NCBI GenBank assembly: GCA_001275005.1
Contig: JWZX01003314.1
Coordinates: 1-58,296 of the forward strand
Source: Chrysochromulina tobinii
Taxonomy: Eukaryota
Length of the DNA stretch: 58,296 bases
Direction: 5' to 3'
The translations under genes and the position numbers were made by a program. Under the pieces are notes generated by a model. That model worked only from the letters and a program-made list of their open reading frames with translations, had not been told where the DNA came from and searched no databases. This document shows, piece by piece, positions 32,901 through 41,100 of the stretch (positions are counted from its first letter, which is position 1; every line of letters begins with the position of its first letter).

Positions 32901-35075
32901 TGAGTCTTCCAGCTCGATCTCGCATGCTGTGCAACGACTGGCTCGCGTGGGCCATGGCGCACGAACAGCGGCTCGAATCGATCACATATTGGTGGTCGCA
33001 CTCCCACTGTGGGCATCTACCCGAGGCGGCGGTGGACGCGATTGCCAAGTCGTTCCTTCCCCGCGACCCCTCCCCGCTTCCCCGGCCCTGTGAACCCCCT
33101 CGCCTTCGATCTATTCGCCACTACGCCAAGGGATCGGAGCGCGACCTCATGCTGCACGTGCACAATCTGCATGTTGTGCGCACACAATACACTGCGCCTA
33201 CCTCGATGTACGCGCAAACAGGTCACATCGAGCTCCTTCGGCTCGCTCAGCTCAACGATCAGCAGCGCTCTATGGTCATGGCCATTCGCGATGACCGAGC
33301 TCGACTCCTCGGCAGCCGCGTCTTCCGAAACACTGGTCCGTTCTCTCTGGGCGCGATACTGGACCGACGCGGATGTCCCTGCGGCAAGGGCCGTCAGACG
33401 GTTGCGCATGTCCTGTGGGAATGCGAACTCGCTAGTGTTACCTCCCGGCGCACCTCCCTTCTCATTCCTGCGTGTGCCACTCTTGGCGCTGCACTCGACC
33501 TTTGCGAGCCCGTCACACGCGACCACGCTGTATCTTCCATCGTGCGCCGCGCTCTCGAACGCGGACGTCATCCAGAGGCGTACAGCACCATCATCGGCGT
33601 CACGCCCACGCGTGTCACAAGCGAGGAGGCGCGATCTTCTGCGCTTGCGCATGTTCTCGGTATTGTTCGAGAACCCACGGACTGGTTTCGCCCTACGGTA
33701 CGGCTCGCTCGTCCGCTCCTCCGCGCCTCCCTGGCGCTCATTGCTGCTGCGATACAGGCCTCGGCACCTACGCTTCGAGCCGCCGTTGTTGCCAGTCGCC
33801 GCCAAACTGCCCTTCACCGCGCTTTACAGCATCTCCGATACCATACGTGGACGCATCTCAAGCCGGCGGGCGAGCCATGTCGATGCTGCGCTGGAGGTGT
33901 TCATGTACTTCGGTCGAGACGACCGATCGATGGGGTGCGCGCGAGACGTGCAATCGAGCAACGTGAAGGGGTGCGCGCGAACGGCCCACCCCAGCTTGCG
34001 AGTCTTCATGCCTTTGTGCTTCGCACTGAACGTGAGGCGCAACAGGAAAGCCTGGCCGCGTATACGGCCTCCTTCCAACTTCTCCAGGATACTGTTCCGC
34101 TCGACGAGTTGGTCGCCACCGCCCTCGCGCACGTCGATACTACCGGTTCTTACGCCGATGCACTCGAAACAAGCAACCTCCCTTCTGCACAGGCCCGCGC
34201 GGATGCGGATCGCGCTCTCGCCGCTCATCGCGCTGCTGTGATCGAGGCGGCCAACGCGATGCGTCTCTCGACCGTCGCAGAGGCGCACTTTCGCGACCGC
34301 CATACGCGAGCTCACCTTATTTCCATCTTCTCGAGCTGGGCAGCGCAGACTGTGTCTGGACTCATCCGCGAAGGGCAGCGGGCTGCGGTCAAGGCGCACA
34401 TGGCCCTCCAGGCGGCAGCTGCCTCGCTTAGAGCTGCGCCGATACCTCGTCTCACACCTGAGGAGCGACGGGCGCTCACCGTCAGGCGCAAACGGCGCCT
34501 TCGGGAGGACGCTGCGACGGCCACCGCCATACAGTGTGCCCAACGGGAACGCGCTCACCTGCTGGCGATGCGTCGCCTTGCCGCTTGTCCTGGGGCAGCC
34601 GACACGGTGGAGCGCGCTCGACTTGCTGCCCGGGCACGTCGCGCTACTGTTGTAGGACTCGACGATCAGGTACGTGACTTGCGCCGCGCTGCTAGCATGG
34701 CCAACCACGACACCCTGCGTGTAGCGCACGAGGAGGCTCAACGAGAGGTACAGGAGTTTACCGAGCGCTCAAGGGCTGCTGCGCGCGCGTGGCGTGCGTC
34801 TGCGCTAGCGCGGAGGAGGAGCACACGGGCGGAGTATGAGGGACGGGGGCAGCTGCTGCTTACGGGCGTTACGCCCCCGCGGCGCTCGCGAGTACGAGCT
34901 GCTGCAGCTGAGGCCGCCGCCAATAGCGGCCCTATTGGTACTACTGGTATACATTCGGGGGAAGCGGGGCACCTATTTGGCACAGATGCTAGATCGGCGC
35001 TCTCTCTTCCCCCAAGCTTCGCCGATTAACGGCCTGTGTTAATACGGGTGTTGTGTTAGCACGGGCTGTGTCGGC
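26945..35075 (+). mobile_element. Non-LTR (LINE-like) retrotransposon; boundaries approximate
   Basis: Single intronless 8-kb ORF with APE-RT-RNase H-Zn finger order and T-richer codon use than host genes. No LTRs are visible. Short degenerate ACGG..TGTGTT repeats follow the stop codon. Confidence 0.85.
27005..35029 (+). CDS. Retrotransposon polyprotein: AP endonuclease, reverse transcriptase, RNase H, CCHC-type zinc finger (2674 aa)
   Basis: APE: LLVWNAAG (~27980), IVLNE, GDLN, LDHVL, SDH (~28810). RT: YADIQRFFPSMD (~30302), QGCLLS (~30537), CADDL (~30677). RNase H: GDGS (~32666), DAEL, VFDS, WSHSHCG..AVDAIAK. Zn finger: CPCG..TVAHVLWEC (~33374). Confidence 0.93.
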   Translation: MWIDELAASADGSASARWTLLSALESAVEAHLTTARAAVRLQVARPSHPDQRCAYGMYLVQMRLQEGVPTPYGPWLHDSAQPGYVLMHGVLDDLISCLRSALASKPNAPGTQFYWRIKIGTFATVTSPFTAAEDPDAAMRLPLAGAALTDASAPSSHAVVPHHPSFEAALIRGVSCDSPSPSADETGHTSSFDAALAHSHADAVPATPCTPDRNGPAHAVSAWDDEEALLLAIAAECSSPPSNARASLPSAALPRDDDDPSDVRPPFHICATDPSLALPAASSSVTLAPRDPASVSSTPARTVHTANLVAGLMPPVIPPPPRPETLLVWNAAGWWSGDREGGTDEQQATAAARYDVLDPLLRGHDAPTYIVLNEISGSLHDSTHSRGLRAWLSAAGYGHYFYPGGSSTRRRSDGTSSATGGLLLAWLLRETSACGSPHFDSKAMTIALDFRHRQCSIDAPPMRLIAAYGSHQRNGKKHALQTIARHVLHTRGCIAAGDLNVVPGPQWKCRARRTTDDDDAFAALTGGGELPDAGTSMVSIVDLGLQHAHGQFTRAHWTERLADGSPKGTATLDHVLTAGSERGSWRRRAAWFAFDTNHRLVSDHMLIVVERAPRCAPTDDHGVHRPPRFLVERWTEKQRAAFLTSFEEGLLQLQANQWRARPEDARQSLATGAAAIVQLVALLNAAALSAESVVQGDSQGDRLRRVHGGGGGIKGVKAQLKRQQGILRVVRTARLAVEHAASALAALRSDALAHCRLRAELRLQHALASERALYTPTSSTYFARHDRNLHLAITRPYRGPPAQTTASRTFAVVSRLQRDISYYSQQLRKLERRADRPIWQGIQDAMAGGGRDAIVAAMRRPTQHDGSHGGIQGLFRGDLPKVVHNGVQVPGEWISEPAAVRAEAGAIYRSIDDANYGAGTVEPRVLGFHAAMCQPQWPELLGRDGETWTLPTECDYDAFCALLQRMHSKKATSLDRISKEMLELLPENLRRPFYVAAMQVATPDANGARHKPAYWARVPVKLLNKKVPSPCVAKKRDIGLPSQLLKLQAGLYMPAYASIMGRFPGNFGWTPGVAARGAALCGSFVLDQAHLLSHLLIVIYADIQRFFPSMDRGFVLLSEQWRGLPRDVRDATLALYHDACFLYETEHGLAEGVALPTRGRGGADLEFTTVQSRCGYFQGCLLSTEKAKIFMASLSEAIDTVVGGGGVRLWNGTLSGGRRYPSVLCADDLLGCVTSWTAGAVFFRLLDEWADVSASHFGISDDASKTTYSAVTIDGSGVPHEAPAPPEFLAAAVIGGRTIPRLAYDATYGHIGDPRKLQGDQSPARSKMTGLCMAWLKRIEQMCRCSPREFERVTGVGLAAVIDAYAPFGPLTFAASEALERVRRSIYKRRFRGTVSAACADRYLPDVWHAAPQYGLLTSGLPEARRVGDGWIHCASLNAASVHAAISSALSDGIDSQLRFCARALLSLTCFLWGSFGKHPAAWSWVHLEHLLANPDPAMGSSPVGRVFATEVYMKNVAMVRRLAALSDEALAPALNFTMEHTPPPGDPFDYSAPIYASLSTDDLRLFEGDLISEATCLQLGRRRRPVWLLLSAGIVVRSHTCRDDGSDFMTFDEAAKVVPAFARRTDSALFASRRAWDQLIADLRDLDIDTVPREAVIDAQSVWRGTAILMPGAPDGAAATGPREDLDALVHRLSTGDVAAAQEWTDAYRTWAAAPPPPRTERPLPSPTTDELCGPHTRYRVPSREGVIDTITRGKPAPACSAEDAAELARLRAQQWRIAPDGRSITCALGTPIQRASVIVQLYAAALPIALTAFDAAQAAKVARRQKVNERRNLAGLDPLPPDTPTAEERSWMGGPGFCVQLANLTLDEMLDDEQQQGFAYTAAVAGDGSWDPRSKRVSRAALLHDGRRLGGALATDDLVGGTRDNYDAELAHRVDALAVLEGRRVLYVFDSTSPILAGEHFRRLSLPARSRMLCNDWLAWAMAHEQRLESITYWWSHSHCGHLPEAAVDAIAKSFLPRDPSPLPRPCEPPRLRSIRHYAKGSERDLMLHVHNLHVVRTQYTAPTSMYAQTGHIELLRLAQLNDQQRSMVMAIRDDRARLLGSRVFRNTGPFSLGAILDRRGCPCGKGRQTVAHVLWECELASVTSRRTSLLIPACATLGAALDLCEPVTRDHAVSSIVRRALERGRHPEAYSTIIGVTPTRVTSEEARSSALAHVLGIVREPTDWFRPTVRLARPLLRASLALIAAAIQASAPTLRAAVVASRRQTALHRALQHLRYHTWTHLKPAGEPCRCCAGGVHVLRSRRPIDGVRARRAIEQREGVRANGPPQLASLHAFVLRTEREAQQESLAAYTASFQLLQDTVPLDELVATALAHVDTTGSYADALETSNLPSAQARADADRALAAHRAAVIEAANAMRLSTVAEAHFRDRHTRAHLISIFSSWAAQTVSGLIREGQRAAVKAHMALQAAAASLRAAPIPRLTPEERRALTVRRKRRLREDAATATAIQCAQRERAHLLAMRRLAACPGAADTVERARLAARARRATVVGLDDQVRDLRRAASMANHDTLRVAHEEAQREVQEFTERSRAAARAWRASALARRRSTRAEYEGRGQLLLTGVTPPRRSRVRAAAAEAAANSGPIGTTGIHSGEAGHLFGTDARSALSLPPSFAD

Positions 35076-35191
35076 CACACCTCCGTCCATTGCGACAGTG
35101 GCCCTCGTGCTTGGGGGTCCGGAGAGTGTGCGCGCGTTGTGTTGAACAGCAGCAGCCCTATCGCTGCAATTGCGGCGCGCTTCGCACGCAC

Positions 35192-38100
35192 ATGGCGAGC
35201 TCCCAATCGTCAGCCGTAGCTCGCCAGAACACGGGCGGTCGCCGGCGGCCGCACCTGACCGACGCGGTGCTGGACGACGCACCTGATTCATCTCAACTGG
35301 AGGAGCTCAAAGCTCAGAATGAAGCAGCGCTCAATTGGAGAGAATCCTTGATCCACTTGGGCAGCGGCGTCTTGAGCATGTTGCACGGCTTCCTGCTTCC
35401 ATTCCGCGCGTGTTTCACGTCGACCACCTGGGGCGAGTATGCGGACCGGCCGGCGTTGCAGTATCCCGAGCTTGCTAACTACTGCGTCTCTCTCTACCTC
35501 GTGGACGTCGCTTTCCTCGCACTCCGCATAACTCCGCTGGTGCGCGAGCATGTTCGACGCCGCGCCGCCCGCTCCCAGGGGCAGCTGCGTTCACCGACAG
35601 AGCTCGTCGAGCACCGGACGATCGGGGCGGCAAGGCAGGCCGAGGCCGAGGCTGGCGACGACGAGGAGGGCACCCCGTTCTGGCGCTCCTTCCGCCTCTG
35701 CCTCGCCATCCTCGAGATCCTCCGCCGGCTGTTGGCGTGGTCGCCCATCGACCTGGTCTTCCTGCTCAGCAACGCGTCGCTGCGCACCTGGACCAATGTG
35801 TCGCTTCTGCGCGTGCTGCGCCTCTGCCACCCGCGAGGCAATCCGGTTCGCGCCACTTACTGGTTTCTACGCTTCCAGGCAGGCTTCAATGTGGGCTGGG
35901 CGCGAATCTCGTCGTACTTCCCCATGTACATCTTGCTGCTGCATCTGATGGCGTGCGGATGGCAGGCGGCGGGCACCTGGGCCGACGAAGGGCCCGGCTG
36001 GCAGGACATCGACATGGTCGCGTTGGGCAGCTCGTGGTCGCCGGCAACGTGTAGCAGTCGCGGTGCTGAGCTCGCACCGCCTCCGTCGGGTGCGCCGCCG
36101 CCGGATGTGTGGTGCCCGTCACAACGCGATCGCGCCCGCCACAGCGCGCCGAATGTGTGGTGCCCGTCACAACGCCCAGCACCGCGCCCGCCACAGCGCC
36201 CACCACAGCGCGATCGCGTGCTGTGTCTGCTCACCTCGCGCGCGCCACCGCGCTCACCACAGCGCGCGCTCGAGTCTCTCGGTGGCCGTTAGACCCTTGA
36301 TTGCCACTGATGACCTGCCTTGCATGCAAGTGCTCACCACAGCGCGCGCTCGAGTCTCTCGGTGGCCGTTAGACCCTTGGATCCTCTATGCTCGCTCGTT
36401 CTATTGGTCGAGTGTCACGGTGACCACCGTCGGCTTCGGTGACATAGTACCCACCAAGATGGAAGAGTTGATCTTCTACATCTTCTCCACGCTGGTGGCC
36501 GTGGCTACGGCGACCACTTCGATCGGGCTGCTCATCCCGACGCTCATGCGTTCAGACGTGCTTAAGGAAACGTGGCTCGCGCGTGTCGAGCGTGCTGACG
36601 CCGTCATCAAGAGGCGCAAGATCCCCCCGGAGCTCGCGAGGCGCATCCAGGAGTACCTGCAGTACCAGTGGCTCTTCCTGCGCGGTGCCGACGAGAGCAC
36701 CTTCTTTGAGGGGCTGCCCGCATCCCTCCGCTCCGAGGTACGCTTCGCTCTCAATCACAAGCTGCTCCGCTCTATCCCCTCTTTTAAGAGCTTGGATGCG
36801 GACACGATCGCGGCCCTCGCCGGGCTGCTCTACCCCGTGATCTACACGACGGACGAGCATTTGCTCAAGTGCTCGAGAGGCAATGATCGTGATGGCACCC
36901 TCACGATCGTCCCGCAGACGTGCTCGACCGCGTGGCTGCTCGTCCGAGGCAGGGTGCTCGAGTTTGGCATGATCGAGGAATTGGAAGACGTCTCCGTCAA
37001 GGGATCTATACGCCAACGCCCAAAGGCGCAGCGGAACTCGAGCGATAATTTAGACTCCGCTGCGAGTACTCCTGCGTCCGCTGCGAGTCCTCCTGCGATG
37101 GCTGAACTTTCGTCAAAGCGCAGCCCGTTGGCCGGGAATTCTTTAAAGGAGAATTCGCTCAAGCGCTGGCGGTTCGTTCGTCAAGCGGTCAAACGCCTGC
37201 GTCAGATCCACACATACGAGGAGGGCGACTGCATCCTACCTTCCGCTGCGACGAGAGAGGTGGAAGCCCGCACCGACTTCCGAGCGGCGACCTTCGTGGA
37301 GGTCCATGCCTTGCACTGTAACGACGTGGTGCAGCTGCTTGCGGCGCGCGAAGCTGCTGCTGCTTCGTCACAATCGCCCCTCGTCTCGCCCAACACACTC
37401 GACGCAGCACCCCTCGTCGCTCCCATCACACTCGAAGGTGCTGCTTCGTCGCACGCGCCCCTCGCCTCGCCCATCGTGCTGGACGCAGCGCCGACCCGGG
37501 CGAACGGGGCTAAGCCAGCGTCCCGGGTCGTTCGGTGGTCTGTGGGTGCCGGCGGCGATGTGGGTGACGTGAGCGAGCCACCGCCCTCCCCCCCAGCCAC
37601 ACCGCCCGAGTCGGAGCCCCTTTCTACGGAGCCTCCTACCTCCCCCCCAGACGAGGATCTCGATCTCGATCTCGATCTCGATCTCGTTCGCTCCAGGCCT
37701 TCAATGCTCGACCGGAGTGTTCATGGCGTCATGGCCGTCGGCGCGGCGACCTTACACGGCGTCGAGCATGCCGTCGAGCATGCCGTCGAGCAGTCAGTTC
37801 ACGGCGTCATGTCGACCATTCACGGCGTCGAGCGTGCTGTCGAGCAGTCAGTGCATTCGGCAACCGGATTCTTCTTTGGTCGTTCAGGCGAACGCGTCGT
37901 CATGGGCGTGCAGGCGTCCAAGGGGATCATGAGCCAGGCGCCGGCGGTGGACAACCGGCCGTCGCACGATGTGGTGCTGCCATTCCTTTGGCTCACGCTG
38001 CGCTTGCTCACCGCCGGCTACCTCGCCCTCGTGCTCCCTCTCCGCTGCGCCTTTGAGGGACGCGCCGGCCTCAACCCATGGTGGCTGGTCGCCGACGTCG

Positions 38101-41100
38101 TGACGGACCTCGTCCTATGGCTGCAGCTGTGGAGCCAGCACAACCACGCGCGTGTCGCCGCGCTCCATCTCAACTGGCTCATGCCCCCAGGGAAGCTCCA
38201 GCGCGAGGAATTGAGACGGAGCGACAGTTCCAGGCCTACCTTATTTGGAATCGCCGTCGACGTCCTGTGTTGCCTTCCATGGGAGTGGGGTGGGTACGCT
38301 TGGAACCCTTCGCCGTCGGGGACGCCGTTCCTCATGCTGCCGCGGCTGGTGCGCCTGCGCTGCACGGGCAGTTGGACGGACGAGATCTTCGACTACATGC
38401 ACCAGAGCTGCCCGCTGCTCTCTCCGTCCTTGCGCATCCGTCGCATGATCTCCCTGATCTTCGCGTGGCTCATCAGCTTGCATTGGGGCGGGTGCATCAT
38501 GCTGTGGCTTGGCCTCGTCCGGAGCGACAATGCATTTGCTGGCGCGTCTGACTTCGGGACGGGCGGCTCGTGGCTCACATGGGACGCGATGTACCTGCGC
38601 GAGCTCGCGCGAGATGACGAGATCGCATCTCCCGATGACGAGATGAGCCCCTTCCACGCGTACGTGCGCTCGGTCTACTGGTTTATCGTCGCGGTGAGCA
38701 CGATTGGCTTCGGTGACATCGTGCCAAGGACCATCGCCGAGACTTGGGCTATGGGTATCTTGATCGCTCCCGGCGCCATGCTGTACCCGGCGATCATCTC
38801 GGCGATCATGTTGCTACTCTTCGATGCGATCACCGCACGTACCGTGCTTGCCACGACTGTGCGCGACTTTGTGCACCGCAACCGCCTCGCCGAGCCGCTG
38901 CGCTCTCAAATCACCCTAGTCACCGAGCTCGGCGAGCGCTTTCGCGCGGAGAGCAAGCTCCTCCGCTCGCTACCGCCCTCGCTCCATGTGCTCATCTCGG
39001 CGCATCTATACCTTGGCATGGTCCGCGCGCACTGATGGCTGTTGTTTTGCGAATGAGTGCCTCTGATTGCATCTGTACCTTGGCATGGTCCACGCGCACT
39101 CGCTCTCGTGATGATGGCCGTGATGATGGCGGTGTCGTGATGATGGCGGTCATCATCTCGCTCTCGTGATGATGGCCGTGATGATGGCGGAGATGATTGC
39201 CGTGAGGAGCCTCTGAGTACCAGTGAGTGCCTCATCAGGTCCGCTCGGTCTCGTGCTTCCGCGAATGTACCGAGGCGTTTCTGCTCGAGGTATGCGCGCT
39301 GCTGCACACCGAGCTCGTCGTCCCCAACTCATTCATCGCTCAGACTGGTGACGTGACGACCGGCATTCTCATCCTGACGAAAGGCGAGGCGCACCGACGG
39401 CTCAAGCTCCGCAACAGCGCACCGGACGCCGCCGCCGCATCGCTGTCAGCGCAGCACAGCACACCATCCGCCGCCGAACCGAAAGGAGCGCGGGAAGGCG
39501 CAGCCACTAGCGGCTCCGTCTCGTCCTTTGATCTCGCCGATCTCGCGCTTTCGTCGGCCCAGCTCGACAGAACTGATCACTCCATCGACAGATCCACACA
39601 GCTCGACAGCAGACCCAGCCCACCCATGCCGGCTCTCCCTGCAGGGATGGATCTGTTCCAGCAGGGTGGCCTGGGGGTTGGGGGCGGGGGGGTGGCGGGC
39701 TCGCCTTGGCCTTACCGGGCCCTTTCCTGGACGGCTCTCCTGGAGGCTCCTTGGCGGGTCGCTTCTCGCTTGAGAAGCTCGCCCGCCTCGAGAGCGTACT
39801 CTACGGCGACCGCTCGTCCTACTCGCCCGGAGGCACAGCTCGGCAGCCGACCCCCTCTTTACAGCAGACCCTCTTCACAGCTCGGAAGATACCCTCTTCA
39901 CAGCAGACCCTCTTCATTGCTCGGCAGCAGATCCCCGCGGTCGCTCCTGCGCGGACGTCCATCTTCTCGCTGCGTCCGGGCGCCAAGCTGACAGACATGG
40001 AGGCGGACAGAGTGTCCAAACTCACAGGCATGGAGGCGGACAGAGTGTCCAAACTCACAGGCATGGAGGCGGACAGAGTGTCCGAGGTGTCCAGCAGCGA
40101 GGGTCGGGCGACTCCCACCGTCGACGGCTCACCGAGTGTTAGCTCGACTGCCCCGAGCTTCAGTTCGAACATGCTTCGAAGGGCGCCCGACCCTCTACAT
40201 CGACGGGAGGCCGAACCGGCTTTACCGCGAGCCGCCATGCCCGATGTGATGGTGGATGCGATCGCGAATACGATCCTGATCGAGAAGGTCGATGAAGGCG
40301 GCAACATCGGCGCGGAAGAGTTCGTGTTGGGCATCACGCATCGGTACGACATCCTCGCCGTCCAAATGTGCGAATGCATGCAGCTCCGCCGCAAGCCCTT
40401 TAACGAGCTTCTGAGCCGCTTCGCCGAGCTCGGCCCGACGATCCGAGCGAATGCATCGGACGCCATTCGAGCGAGCTCCGAGCGTGACGAGGCGGCCGTG
40501 CGCAACTTCATCAAGTCGCCTTCATCAAGTCATCAAGTCATCAAGTCATCAAGTCATCAAGTGCGCAACTTCATCAAGTCACCTAAGGTCCTGAAGCAGC
40601 TCGGCGTCGGGAGCGGGGACCTCGGTGTGAATGGCCCCAATTCCCTTCGCATTTCGTTACCAGGACCGGCACCGGTGCGGCCGGGGCATCGCCGTAGCGG
40701 CAGCGCCGGCAGCGCCGGCACTGCGCTGGCATCGCTGCAGCGGCATCGCCGGCATTTGTCCGACGGCTGCACCTCTGTAGGTGCGCCTGAGACTGGTGCG
40801 GATGGGCGTGCTCTCGAAGACGCCGCTGGTACAGGCGGCCAAGGTGCGGATGGGCGTGCTCGCGAAGATGCCGCCTCCATCGCGGTCGCCGAAGTCCGCG
40901 ACCAAGAAGAGGCTATGGCGGCGCGCGACCGTGGGCGCCGCCTGCATCCATGTCACCGGACCCTCGTTTTCGCTGTCCAGAGGCTTGGCTCCTCGCATGC
41001 CTGGTCGCTTCTGCTGTTCATACTGCTCCTCTACCGGATGTGCGGCGACACGTTCCGGGCGAGCCTGCACGAGCACTTTGCTCTGCCGATCGAATGGTCA

